NCBI GenBank assembly: GCA_963803435.1
Contig: CAWDML010000009.1
Coordinates: 128,001 to 192,000, forward strand
DNA from: an uncultured delta proteobacterium
GTDB taxonomy: Bacteria > Myxococcota > Kuafuiibacteriia > Kuafuiibacteriales > Kuafuiibacteriaceae
Length of the DNA: 64,000 nt
Direction: 5' to 3'
Shown: positions 42,177-52,832 of the stretch, piece after piece
Layout of the letters: each line of letters starts with the position of its first letter
How positions within the stretch are numbered: position 1 is the first letter of the stretch
Made by a program: the position numbers and the translations under genes
The notes under the pieces: model-generated
The model's input: only the letters and a program-made list of their open reading frames with translations
Database searches by the model: none
What the model was told of the DNA's origin: nothing

Positions 42177-43931
42177 GTGCCGGCGCTCCCCGAGATCCTC
42201 GTCCTCGCCCTTCTCTCCGAAGTTCCGCTGCCGGGAACCCAACCGAACGAGCTCACGCTTCCGCCCGAGCCGTCGAGCACCTGCGCCTGTCACGACGCCT
42301 TCAACGCCGACGCGATCACCGAGCCGGGCGAGTCGTACCGCGCGACCATGATGGCGCTCTCCGGACGCGACCCGCTCTTCCGCGCCGCGCTCCAGGTCTC
42401 GTTCAACGATCGCCCGGAGCTCAGCGACCTCTGTCTTCGATGCCATGTCCCGGTGGCCTGGCTGAACGGGCGCTCGGAGCCGGCCGACGGGAGCCTGATC
42501 CAGGTCGAAGATCTGGAGTCCGTCACCTGCGACATGTGCCACCGGGCGGTTCCCGCAGATCCTGCGCTGGTCGGCGACGGTCAGTTCACGATCTCGCCCA
42601 GCACCGCGAAGCGCGCGCCCCGCGGCTCGGCGCCGTTCGGTGGGCACAACGTCGTCACGGACAGCTACGTCTCGAACCCCGACATGTGCGGGCTCTGCCA
42701 CAGCCTCTTCAACCCCGCCGAGAACGCGCACGACGCGAACGACACCGACCTCGGCATCCACTACTACGAGCAGCGCACCTACGAGGAGTGGAAGGACTCG
42801 GTCTTCCCGAGCCAAGACAAGACCTGCATCACCTGCCATATGACCCGGACCACCGGCGCTGCGGTCCGCGGCGGCGACTCCTACGACAATCTCGCCGTCC
42901 ACAACTTCGTCGCGGGCAACACGTTCGCGGTCCAGGCGGTGCAGCTGCTCAACCCCACGCTCGGGATCTCCGGCATCACCTCCGAGGTGGGCCGCTGGGT
43001 CGATCAGCAGCTCCACAGCGCCGCTTCGCTCGAGATCACCCAGACCGAGCCGGCCTCACTGATGCTGGAGAGCGGCGAGGAGTTTTCGGTCAGCGTTCGC
43101 ATGACCAACAAGACCGGGCATAAGCTCCCGACCGGATATCCGGAGGGCCGCCGCATCTATCTCGAGGTCAGGCTCTCCCTCGACGGACAGGCGCCTCAGA
43201 TCCTCTCGGGCGCGTGGGATCAGCAGTCCGGCAAGGTGGTGAGGGATCCGCAGATCCGCACGTACGAGACGGAGCACGGGCGCGTCGAGAACGGCGTGGG
43301 CGCGCGCATCCACCACCTGATCCTGATGAACCAGATCATCAGCGACACGCGGATCCCGCCGGAGGGCTTCACGCCCACGTACCCGGACATGGTGCCGCAG
43401 GCCCGCGACTACGGCGGCGGCGCGCCCTACCAGCACTGGGACGATCACACGTACACGTTCACGGCGCCCGAGGTGACCGGGACGATCACCGGCACGATCA
43501 CGGTGCGCGCGATGTACCAGTCGACGGACGGCGACGTGGTGGCGTTCCTGCTGAATCAGACCCAGGACAAGCCGGAGCACGATCAGCTGGCGATGGTCTG
43601 GGAGGGTCTCGGCCACGCGCCCCCGAAGGAGATGGTCCGGACGTCGGTGCCGATCGTGGTCACCGAACGGGTCGCCGAGCCCGACGCCGGTGTTACCGAC
43701 CAAGACGCAGCGTCGGCTTCGCCGGACGGGGGCGGCTTCAAGATCGAGGACGGCGGCTGCAGCTGTGTGGCGGCTGTGCCCGTCGAGCACGATCTCGCCC
43801 CGCTCGCGTTGCTGGCGCTCCTCCTGGCCCTTCGGTTGCACACCTGGAGGCCGAGGAGCAAAGCGAATGGCCTTCAGACTTCCCGAACTACCCTACCCGA
43901 AAGACGCTCTGGCGCCGCACATCTCGGCTGA
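42177..43931 (+). CDS. multiheme c-type cytochrome with MYXO-CTERM-like tail
   Basis: CACH, CLRCH, CDMCH, CGLCH, CITCH; GHKLPTGYPEGRR; GGCSC plus hydrophobic helix; 3' end overlaps sodB and is uncertain. Confidence 0.85.
   Translation: MPALPEILVLALLSEVPLPGTQPNELTLPPEPSSTCACHDAFNADAITEPGESYRATMMALSGRDPLFRAALQVSFNDRPELSDLCLRCHVPVAWLNGRSEPADGSLIQVEDLESVTCDMCHRAVPADPALVGDGQFTISPSTAKRAPRGSAPFGGHNVVTDSYVSNPDMCGLCHSLFNPAENAHDANDTDLGIHYYEQRTYEEWKDSVFPSQDKTCITCHMTRTTGAAVRGGDSYDNLAVHNFVAGNTFAVQAVQLLNPTLGISGITSEVGRWVDQQLHSAASLEITQTEPASLMLESGEEFSVSVRMTNKTGHKLPTGYPEGRRIYLEVRLSLDGQAPQILSGAWDQQSGKVVRDPQIRTYETEHGRVENGVGARIHHLILMNQIISDTRIPPEGFTPTYPDMVPQARDYGGGAPYQHWDDHTYTFTAPEVTGTITGTITVRAMYQSTDGDVVAFLLNQTQDKPEHDQLAMVWEGLGHAPPKEMVRTSVPIVVTERVAEPDAGVTDQDAASASPDGGGFKIEDGGCSCVAAVPVEHDLAPLALLALLLALRLHTWRPRSKANGLQTSRTTLPERRSGAAHLG
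43825..43840 (+). promoter_or_regulatory. putative sigma54 promoter for sodB-archease-rtcB
   Basis: TGGCCCTTCGGTTGCA = GG-N10-GC, followed by GAGGAG RBS (43853-43858) and ATG 43867. Confidence 0.6.
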
Positions 43932-44439
43932 GACGCTCGAGTACCATCACGGCAAGCATCACCGAAAATACGTCGACACGCTGAATCAGCTCACCGAAGG
44001 GAAACCGGAGGCACAAAAGAGCCTCGAGGATCTCATCCGCACCTGCGAAGGCAAGCTGTTCAACAACGCCGGCCAGACCTGGAACCACAACTTCTACTGG
44101 CAGTGCATGGCGCCCGGTGCGGGCGGCGAGCCCAGGGGCACGCTCGCCGAGGCGATCCGCAAGAGCTTCGGCAGCTTCGCCGACTTCAAGGAGAAGTTCA
44201 GCGCGGCGGCGCTCGGACAGTTCGGATCGGGCTGGGCGTGGCTGGTGAAGGACGGCGATCGACTCGCCGTGCTGTCCACCTCGAACGCGAACAATCCGCT
44301 GGTCGAGTCGAAGATCCCGATCCTCACCTGCGACGTCTGGGAGCACGCCTATTACCTCGACTACCGCAACGCGCGTGCGAAGTACGTCGAAGCCTGGTGG
44401 AACCTGGTGAGCTGGGACTTCGCCGCCAAGAACCTGTAG
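43867..44439 (+). CDS. sodB: Fe superoxide dismutase
   Basis: LPELPY, HHGKHH, NNAGQTWNHNFYW, FGSGWAWL, DVWEHAYY. Confidence 0.95.
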   Translation: MAFRLPELPYPKDALAPHISAETLEYHHGKHHRKYVDTLNQLTEGKPEAQKSLEDLIRTCEGKLFNNAGQTWNHNFYWQCMAPGAGGEPRGTLAEAIRKSFGSFADFKEKFSAAALGQFGSGWAWLVKDGDRLAVLSTSNANNPLVESKIPILTCDVWEHAYYLDYRNARAKYVEAWWNLVSWDFAAKNL

Positions 44440-44450
44440 GCTCGCGCCGC

Positions 44451-44861
44451 GTGCGCGGCCACCGGCAGATCGATCACACCGCCGATCTCGCGCTCGAGGT
44501 CTGGGCCCCCTCGGAGGAGGAGCTCCTCGACGAGGCGGCCCGCGCGGTCGTCGAGATCATGACCGAGGGCGCTCTCGTCCCCGCCGGCACCACCCGCACG
44601 ATCACGCTCGAATCCCTGGATCGCGAGGATCGACTGGTCTGCTGGCTCAACGAGGTGATCTTCCTCGCTGTCAACTCCGGTTTCATCCTGCAGAGTGCCG
44701 AGCTCGGGCTCGAAGGCGAGACCGGACTCTCGGCCACGCTCCAGGGGACCGATCGGGTCGAGGGCCTCCTCGCCGGAGAGCTGAAGAGCGTCACCTACCA
44801 CGATCTTTTCCTCGCGAGCGAAGACGGCGGGTATCGCGCCCGCTTCGTCGTCGACGTGTGA
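44451..44861 (+). CDS. archease
   Basis: IDHTADL, WLNE, ELKSVTYH, C-terminal VVDV. Confidence 0.92.
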   Translation: MRGHRQIDHTADLALEVWAPSEEELLDEAARAVVEIMTEGALVPAGTTRTITLESLDREDRLVCWLNEVIFLAVNSGFILQSAELGLEGETGLSATLQGTDRVEGLLAGELKSVTYHDLFLASEDGGYRARFVVDV

Positions 44862-44868
44862 GAGCCGA

Positions 44869-46301
44869 ATGAACCTGAAGTTTCAACGAGTGGACGAGTA
44901 TCGCTGGCGCATCCCCCGCGAGGGAAAGATGAACGTGCCGGGGCTGATCTACGCCAGCGACGAGATGATGGCGGACATCCGGGGCGACAAGAGCCCCGAG
45001 CAGGTCGCGAACGTGGCCCACTTGCCGGGCATCCTCAAACACTCCCTTGCGATGCCCGACATGCACTGGGGCTACGGCTTCCCGATCGGCGGCGTGGCGG
45101 CGTTCGGCGCGGACGAGGGCGTACTCTCTCCGGGCGGCGTCGGCTACGACATCAACTGTGGCGTCCGCCTGCTTCGATCGAACCTCGATCGCGAGGACGT
45201 GATCGATCACCTGGAGGACCTCTCGCTCGCGCTCCACCACGCCATCCCCTCCGGCGTGGGGCGCCAGGCGCACAAGCGGCTCACGGCGGGCGAGCTGACC
45301 CAGGTGATGCTCGAGGGTGCGCGCTGGCCGGTGAGGAACGGCTACGGCTGCGAGGAAGATCTCGAGGTCATGGAGGAGGGCGGCACCTTCGAGGGCGCCG
45401 ATCCCGGCCAGGTCTCCGAGCGCGCCCGCACCCGCGGGCTCCCGCAGCTCGGCTCGCTGGGCAGCGGTAACCACTTCTGCGAGCTCGGGTACGTCGACGA
45501 GATCTTCAACCCCGGGGCGGCCGAGGCGTTCGGTCTGCGCCAGGGCCAGGTGACGGTGTTGATCCACTCCGGCAGCCGGGGCTTCGGCTACCAGATCTGC
45601 GACGACTCGCTGCGCATGATGCTGAAGGCGTCGAAGAAGTACGGGATCGAGCTCCCGATCGACAGCTCTGCTCGGCGCCGCTCTCGAGCCGGGAGGCGCA
45701 GAGCTACTTCGGGGCGATGGCCTGCGCGATCAACTACGCGTTCGCGAACCGGCAGATGATGACGCACTCGGTCCGCGAGGAGCTGCGGGTGTTCTTCGGC
45801 TCGAGGTCGCTCGGCCTCGAGCTGGTCTACGACGTCTGCCACAACATCGCGAAGTGGGAGGAGCACGAGGTCGACGGCGTCCTCGAACGCGTGTGCGTGC
45901 ACCGCAAGGGCGCGACGAGGGCGTTCGGGCCGGGCCACGCGAAGGTCCCGGAGCGATACCGCGCCGTCGGGCAGCCGGTGCTGGTGCCGGGCGACATGGG
46001 TCGCTACAGCTACGTGCTGGTGGGGACGGAGCGCGCGATGAAGGAGACGTTCGGATCGAGCTGCCACGGGGCCGGACGCAGGATGTCGCGCGCCAAGGCG
46101 AAGCAGGCGGCGAGCGGGCGTCCGATCTTTCAGGAGCTGCAGGCGCGGGGGATCTGGGTGCAGAGCGACAGCAAGGCGACCGTCGCGGAGGAGATCCCGG
46201 AGGCCTACAAGGACGTGGCCAGCGTGGTCGACGTGATGGACGGGGCGGGCATCGCGCTCAAGGTCGCGAAGCTGGTGCCGCTCGCCGTCGTCAAGGGTTG
46301 A
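44869..46301 (+). CDS. rtcB: RNA ligase RtcB (1-nt deletion near 45655)
   Basis: MPDMHWGYGFPIGG, GYDINCG, GSLGSGNHF, HSGSRG, HRKGAT, PGDMG, SSCHGAGR, EE.P.AYKD. Confidence 0.95.
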
Positions 46302-46310
46302 CTCGCCTGC

Positions 46311-47057
46311 TCACGGGCACGGTCCCGCCTGTCCGAACGAGGCCCGCGCGCGACGCCGTTCGCAGTCGTTCGAGTACGTGACCGGGTTGAGGTCGTTCTC
46401 GCAGCCGCAGACCGGACCGCCTCCGCTGCCGGCGCAGCTCATCGGGACGGGTACGCAGACGCCGCCCTGATCGCCGTTGCCCGGGCAGAGCGAGCCCCCG
46501 ACGGTCGTGTCGAGCTCGCAGAAGAACGCCTCGCTCGGGCACACCGCGCCGGCGAGGCCGCCGCAGACGTCGCGGCACACCGGTGCGCGGCCGCCGCCGC
46601 AGGCGCAGGTCACGTTCTCGGGGCAGTAGCACGCGCCCGGGAAGGAGACGCAGCCCGGACTGGCGTCGCACTCGCCCGGATCCTTGACCCGCTCGCAGGC
46701 GGACAGAGCGTCGCGGCAAAAGTATCCGGGATCATCAATCTCGGAGCCGTCGAGCACGCAGCCGGGCGTGGCGAGGCAGGTGTCACGCGAGAGCGTGCTG
46801 CAAGCTGGGTTGCCGCCGTCGAGCGTCTCGCCCCCGTCGCTGGGGGCGGCGTCCTCCGCGACCTCGGCATCGGCGAGCTCGCCCGCATCCTCGATCGAGC
46901 CGCCGTCGGTCTCGGCCGCTGCGTCCGGGTGCAGGGCGGCGTCCATGACCGTCTCCGCGTCGGAGCGGGCGTCGGTCCCGGCGGCGCCGTCCGGAAGCCC
47001 CGACACCGGGTCGCTGCAGGCGACCGTGAGACACGCGATGCCGATGATCATTCGCAT
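46311..47057 (-). CDS. Cys-rich lipoprotein with C-terminal Kazal-like motif
   Basis: LTVAC lipobox, D/A/G-rich linker, PVCGC....TYSNDCE. Confidence 0.75.
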   Translation of the reverse strand: MRMIIGIACLTVACSDPVSGLPDGAAGTDARSDAETVMDAALHPDAAAETDGGSIEDAGELADAEVAEDAAPSDGGETLDGGNPACSTLSRDTCLATPGCVLDGSEIDDPGYFCRDALSACERVKDPGECDASPGCVSFPGACYCPENVTCACGGGRAPVCRDVCGGLAGAVCPSEAFFCELDTTVGGSLCPGNGDQGGVCVPVPMSCAGSGGGPVCGCENDLNPVTYSNDCERRRARASFGQAGPCP

Positions 47058-47759
47058 GAGCCGACCTCCACCTCGGTGCACAGCTGCGCGCACTCCTGAT
47101 CGCCGCCGGTGCCCGCACCGAGACATGTCACCAGGCGCCCGCCCTGGCACTCGACCACGCCGGGCGCGCCGCCCGGACAGAGCCCGCAGGCATATTCCTG
47201 ACAGGGCGCCGCCACGCCGTTGCATTGACCGACCGTCGCCAGCTCGCACTTGAGCCCGCACTGCGGGTGGAGCGCGAACACACAGCCGATGATGTCGGTC
47301 GCGTCCTCGTTGCACACCGTCACGTGCCCGAGCTCGAGGCCCGGACAGCCCTCGCAGATCCAGGCGCTGCACTCGGGCGTGGTCTCGGCAGAGAGGCACA
47401 TCCTCGTGAGGGTCAGAATCCTCCGCAGGACGGCCGTCGTGCAGGCTGAACAGGCAACGCTCGCCCGAGGCGCACTCCAGCGGATTGCAGGTCCTCCGGC
47501 AGCGCTGTGGACCCGAGAGCGTCCCGTCACCGAGGCGCCAGCTGGAGCAGGCCTCGCCGGCCGTACAGTCGGCGTCGTCCGCGCAGGGAAGATCGCTGGA
47601 GGGCGGGAGCGCCTGGGGACAGGACTGGCCGTTGGGGAGGCACACTGCCAGCGTGTCGCAGCAGCTCCATCCGGCGGCGCAGGGACACGGCGTACCGGCG
47701 AGCTCCACGCCGGGGACGCACGAAGCGAGCAGGAGCGGCGCGAGGAGGCGGCGCATCAT
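47048..47759 (-). CDS. Cys-rich lipoprotein (frameshifts near 47410-47450)
   Basis: MMRRLLAPLLLASC; PCPC..GWSCC; continues in the 47048-47530 frame. Confidence 0.6.
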
Positions 47760-49234
47760 CAGAACTCGATCCGAACGCCGCTGCCCTCGGCGATCACGGT
47801 GATGGCGGGCTGATCGTCGGGCCACAGCGTCCACACCAGGAACGTGGCGGCCGCCGTCCCGGCCAGCGAGTAGAGGACGATCGCCGCGACGTTGAGCGCG
47901 TCGATCCGATCGTCGATCGTGCTGCGATCCCGGTTCGACGTGGAGGCATCGACCCGGCCGCGCTGCTGAAACGCCAGCGCCGTCATGAGGCCGCCGGTCA
48001 GACCGAGGCCGAGGCTCGCGAAGCCGAGGGTCGGGCGCGGCCACGACGGCGGCGCCGTCTCCACCGAGGCCTCGGCAGCCGCCTCGCTCCGCTTCGCCTT
48101 GCGATACGCGGACAGCGCCGCGCGATCGAAGGGCGCCGAGAACAGCGATTGAAAGGCCACCTGCTCCGCGCCGCGCGGCTGCACCGTGGTCCGCCGCGGC
48201 GTCAGCGTGGCCAGCAGGATCGTCCCTGGAAGGTCGGTCACCCACTCGATCGGCCGGCCCACCTCGCGGACGAAGAGCGGGCGCACCGCCGGGATCAGGA
48301 GCTCGATCCGCTGCGCGGGATCGGGGTGGAAGTCGAGCACGCGGTCGCCCCGGGCGTCCTCGAGGAACAGGTGGGCCGAGACACCGGGGCCGGTGATCAG
48401 CCGATCGCCGCCGCGGCCGCCGAGCTCGACCAGTGTGGGGTCGAGCGGGGTGTGCACGAAGAACCGCGGGCGATAGCGCGCGTTGGGGATGCCGCTGTTG
48501 GCGCCGAAGACGAACGCGGCGGTCTCCTCGTAGGAGATGCGGCCGTCCCCGTCGAGATCGGCGGCGCCCCGCAGCGCCGACCGCACCTCGTGGCTGAAGA
48601 CGCCCGACTGGAACGCCTCCCACTCGTGGCTGTCCTGCGCCGACGAGGTGGAGAGCAGCAGCCCGACGCGATCCGGCAGTGTGTCGGTCTCGAGCGTCAG
48701 GTCACCGCCCGCCCGCCAGCGCTCGCCGCCGGGCCCGCAATCGAAGACCAGAAAGTACGACTTGCAGGCGTCGACAATCGCGTGGACCCGATCGGCGCTG
48801 GTGTCCAGCAGGAGAGCTCGGAAGTCGCGCCGGTACAGTCAATCGCCGGCCAGCTGGATGTAGCCCTCGTTGTTCTTCACGTCGCCGTGACCGCTGTAGA
48901 AGATCATCAGCTCCGCGCGACGGCCCTCGGCGCGCACGTGCGCGATGCGGCGCTCCAGCTCCGCGAGCGCGGCGTCGACGGCGGCGCGCGTGGGCCGCGT
49001 CGACTCGACCGGTCCGAAGAGGTTCGTCGAGTCGGGGTCGAGCTCCGTCAGCAGCACCACCTCGGCACCGAGGTCTCTCAGGAGGCGCGCGTTCTTGACG
49101 GCGTCGTCGTCGGCGTATCGCAAGGGGGCGACCTCCGGGTCGTCGCTCTGGTTCCAGCCGATCACCAGGCCGAAGAGCTGCGGCGCGGGCGGGGCGGCGG
49201 CGACGGCGGCGGCAGCGAGGAGCGCGGGGATCAT
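47759..49234 (-). CDS. exported caspase-like (peptidase C14) protein with C-terminal TM helices (frameshift near 48840)
   Basis: LRYADDDA, FYSGHG (His), IVDACKS (Cys), GVFSHEVRSALRGAADLDGDGRISY. Confidence 0.85.
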
Positions 49235-50032
49235 CTCGCCTCCACCCGGAGCAGAAACGAGTGCTGCCCCGACACTTCGGACGTCGGGACGCGGTCGACG
49301 TCCTTGACGCCGCCGTGCTCGGCGACCGCGCGCGCCACGGTCGCCTCGACGGAGCGGACGTCGAGCGGCGAGCGCGAGAACAGGCCGACCACCCGCAGCC
49401 AGCCCGGATGAAGCCGGTGGCGCACCGCCTCCTCCAGCGCAATCGGCTGGTCGGACGCCGGCGCGGGGATGCTGACCGGATCCTCGGCGGCGTCGGTGTA
49501 CGCCGGGTAGTACCAGTAGATCTCTCCGCGATCGTCGAAGCCGAAGATCATCGCATAGCGGTAGGGGCTCTCGGGGCGGTTGTGGATCGTGAACAGGAGC
49601 GCATCGTCGGCGCGGAGGTCCGCCTCCACGCGCCGATAGCCGGTCTCGCCCTCCCGTGCGCGGAAGACCTCGATCGAGACCCATCGAATCCGGAGCCTCC
49701 ATGGCCGCGCCGCGAGACTGAAACTCGGAGCGCGGCGGCGGGATCACCATCAGCGCGAGCCCGGCGGCGAGCGCAGCGGCGGCGGCGGCGTACGGCCAGC
49801 GCCGGCGGCGCGGCGACGGCGCGCGATCGAGCTTGATCAGCGTTCCGACGTCCCGCGCCAGATCGGGATCGTCGAACTCGCCGGGATCGGGCGCGAGGCG
49901 GGCGGCGGCGGCGCTCATCTCGTCCATGGCGGCGCGGCACGCCTCGCACTCGGCGAGGTGCGCGGCGACCGGCGCGTCCGGCTCGCCGGCGGCGAAGCTG
50001 GCCAGGATCTCGTTCTCGCGCGGGCAGCTCAC
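49231..50032 (-). CDS. zinc-finger anti-sigma factor with TM and periplasmic domain (frameshift near 49685)
   Basis: HLAECEAC (HxxxCxxC), TM helix, FQSRG motif, GEIYWYYPA. Confidence 0.8.
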
Positions 50033-50628
50033 GGCTCACCTCCCTTCGACAGGACCTCGCGGAGCTTCTTCAGCCCGCGGAAGACATGTGACTTGATCGT
50101 GCCCACCGGCTTGTCGGTGGCGCGTGCGATCTCCTCGAGGCTGAGCTCGTGGGTGTACCGCAGGATCAGAACCTCGCGCACGGGCTCGGGCAGCCGGGTC
50201 AGCGCGCGGCGCACCTCGGCCGCCTTGCTTCGCTCGATCAGCGCGTCGAGCGGCGAGCTCTGCTCCGCCGTGACATCGAGCGCCGCCAGACGCTCCGTCT
50301 TGGACGCGTGGCTCTTGCCGCTCCGCGCCACCATCCGACAGCGATTGAAGGTCATCGCCACCAGGAGGTTTCGAAGCTTCGCCTGGGGGACGTAGCGCTC
50401 CCGCTCCGCCCACAACATCAGAAAGACGTCCTGTGCCACCTCGCGGCCCTGGTGGCGGTCGTTGAGGAAGCGGCTGGCGCTCCCCAGCACCAGGGAGGTG
50501 TAGCGGCCGACCAGGATCTCGAACGCGTCGCGCCGGCCCTCGCGCGCAAGGCGCATCAGGTCGTCATCGGCGAGCGACGCGAGGTCCTGGCTCGTCTCCA
50601 CCACGTAGAGCTGAGGCGTCCCGCGCAT
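50029..50628 (-). CDS. ECF sigma factor
   Basis: AFEILVGRY, VAQDVF, LP...REVLILRY..ELSLEEIA, GTIKSHVFRG. Confidence 0.93.
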   Translation of the reverse strand: MRGTPQLYVVETSQDLASLADDDLMRLAREGRRDAFEILVGRYTSLVLGSASRFLNDRHQGREVAQDVFLMLWAERERYVPQAKLRNLLVAMTFNRCRMVARSGKSHASKTERLAALDVTAEQSSPLDALIERSKAAEVRRALTRLPEPVREVLILRYTHELSLEEIARATDKPVGTIKSHVFRGLKKLREVLSKGGEP

Positions 50629-50673
50629 CCTGATGGTGATAGAGCGGAGCGGCCCGCCCGGGTTGCAAGAATC

Positions 50674-51426
50674 TCACTTCGGCCCGGAGAGGGTCAGCTC
50701 GACCTGGGAGGGCGCCTCCGCGACCGTGATCTTGGTCTCGGCGGTGCCCAGCCGCTCGTGCCAGGCGGACACGGTGTAGCTCCCGGTGGGCAGCCCCTCG
50801 AACCGGAAACGACCCTCGGCGTCGGTGATCGCGAAGAACGGATGATCCACCACGCCGACCCAGGCGGTCATCCACGGATGGACGTCGCAGCCGAGGCGGA
50901 CCATCACCTCCTGCTTGTTGAACGACCGCGTGCCCCTGCCGTTCGGCGGCGTCGCAAAGTTCCAGCCCTTCGAGTTTTTCGGCTTGCTCTTGATGTTGTG
51001 GATCGTCTCGTCGCTGTTGACGAACAGGATCGATTGTCCGGTCCGGACGCCCAGCACGCGCGGCTGATACATGCACCCGTGCTGATCGACCGTGACCTCG
51101 CCGGCCGGCGGATCGAACGCGTAGTCCTCGAGACCGGAGGAGATCCACACGAACGCGTTCGCGACCTTGCCGTCCTTCACCTGCACGTCGCCGGCGTCGA
51201 ACGTTCCCGGCCGCATCTTCACGCAGGCGCCGTCGCCGGCGGCGTTGATCATCGTGGGATCGGGCAGCGCGCCGGTGAAGTGAACGGAGCCGGCGATCGT
51301 GCTGGTATGGGCGGGATCGATCCGCTTGGTCGGCGCGAGCGCCACGGGTGCATCGGGTGTGGTCTCCGTGGGCTTCGAGGGACAGGCGCAGAAAATGAGC
51401 GGCAGGAGGACTGCGAGCCTTCGCAT
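50674..51426 (-). CDS. lipoprotein with carboxypeptidase-regulatory-like / cupredoxin-like domains
   Basis: DQHGCMYQPRV, NSD..IHN, CDVHPWM, GSYTVSAWHE. Confidence 0.82.
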   Translation of the reverse strand: MRRLAVLLPLIFCACPSKPTETTPDAPVALAPTKRIDPAHTSTIAGSVHFTGALPDPTMINAAGDGACVKMRPGTFDAGDVQVKDGKVANAFVWISSGLEDYAFDPPAGEVTVDQHGCMYQPRVLGVRTGQSILFVNSDETIHNIKSKPKNSKGWNFATPPNGRGTRSFNKQEVMVRLGCDVHPWMTAWVGVVDHPFFAITDAEGRFRFEGLPTGSYTVSAWHERLGTAETKITVAEAPSQVELTLSGPK

Positions 51427-51525
51427 TCGGCGGATATACACCAAGCGCGCGCCCAAGATGGGCATCTGAACGCTTGCGCCTCGCGTGGCCCAAGGCTAGG
51501 AGGCGGGGCAGGAGGTTAGGGAACG

Positions 51526-52308
51526 ATGGAAGGCAGCTTCGGCATGGATTTCACCCAGCTCATCTTTCGCTGGCTACACGTGATCGCCGGCGTGACATGG
51601 ATCGGTCACCTCTACTTTTTCAACTGGGTCAACGGAGCGTTCACCAAGACGCTGGACGCCGATGCCAAGAAGAAGGTCGTCCCCCAGCTCATGCCCCGCG
51701 CGCTCTACTGGTTTCGCTGGGGCGCCGCCTACACCTGGATCACCGGCATCCTGCTGATCGGGATGGTCTACTACATGGGCTACGATGTCGCCGGCCGAAG
51801 GCAAGGGCCTGAGCGTCGCCCGCGGGTTCGAGCATCGTCCTGATCGTGCCGGCCATCTACGACCAGCTGTGGCTGAAGGCCTTCAAGGGCAAGGAGCAGA
51901 TCGGCGTCATCGTCAGCACGGTCGTGGTCGCGTTCCTCGCCGGTACTGAGCACGTCCTCTGCCCGCGCGCGGTGTTCATCCATCTCGGCGCCATGTTCGG
52001 CACCGCGATGGCGATGAACGTCTGGATGCGCATCTGGCCGGCGCAGAAGAAGATCATCCCCGCGATCCGAGGACGGCAACGCGCCCGACGCCGACCTCGG
52101 CGCGATGGCGAGCCTCCGCTCCAAGCACAACACGTACATGTCCGTGCCGCTGCTGTTCATGATGATCAGCAACCACTATCCGCTGTTCTACGGCTATACG
52201 GCCGGCGACATGAGCATCGGCTGGATCCTGCTGGTCGTTCTGGTGGTCGTCGGCTGGGTCGGCACCAAGCTGCTCTACAACAAGGCCGGCTCCGTCCAGG
52301 GCATGTAG
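51526..52308 (+). CDS. puuD: urate hydroxylase PuuD-family membrane protein (frameshifted)
   Basis: RWLHVIAGVTWIG, WFRWGA, GAMFGT.M..NVW..IWPAQKK, SKHNTYMSVPLLFMMISNHYP spread over three frames. Confidence 0.8.
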
Positions 52309-52320
52309 CCGGATCGCGCT

Positions 52321-52740
52321 TCAAGGCACGCACACCGGGACCGGTGGGCAGGGCGCGCGCACGCAGACCACATCCTCCAGCTCGCAGTGATCACCATTCT
52401 CGCAGACGACGTCGTCGCAGGACGGCGCCGTCTCCGCCTCCACACAGACGGGCACCGGCGGGCACGGAGCTCTGAAACACTCCACGGTCTGGAGCTCGCA
52501 GCGATATCCGGGATCGCAGGTGACGTCGTCGCAGCTGGGCGCGTCTTCCACGCAGGTCGGTTGAGGCGGGCAGGGCGCGCGCACGCACACGACCTCCTCG
52601 AGCTCGCAGTGAGAGCCGGGATCGCAGACGAGCTCGCAGCCGTCGGCGTCGAGGTTGTCCGACGATCGGTCGTGATCCGAGGGGGCCCCTCCGCAGGCGG
52701 CGAGGATGAACAGGGCGAAGACGAGTGGGCGAGGTTGCAT
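52321..52740 (-). CDS. lipoprotein with three Cys-rich tandem repeats
   Basis: LAAC lipobox; C..G..CEL..V.C.RAPCPP.P.CV three times. Confidence 0.8.
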   Translation of the reverse strand: MQPRPLVFALFILAACGGAPSDHDRSSDNLDADGCELVCDPGSHCELEEVVCVRAPCPPQPTCVEDAPSCDDVTCDPGYRCELQTVECFRAPCPPVPVCVEAETAPSCDDVVCENGDHCELEDVVCVRAPCPPVPVCVP

Positions 52741-52832
52741 TCGATTCTCCATTCGACAGGGGAGAGCCACCGGCCGGCCCGGGGTTGCACGCCTTGACAC
52801 CGGGACCCTGATGCTGCGATGCAAAATAACCG

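Noticed and set aside
45640-45720. Programmed frameshift or split rtcB
   Set aside because: Adding one base in the C-run restores ELPDRQLCSAP; consistent with the window-wide indel errors.
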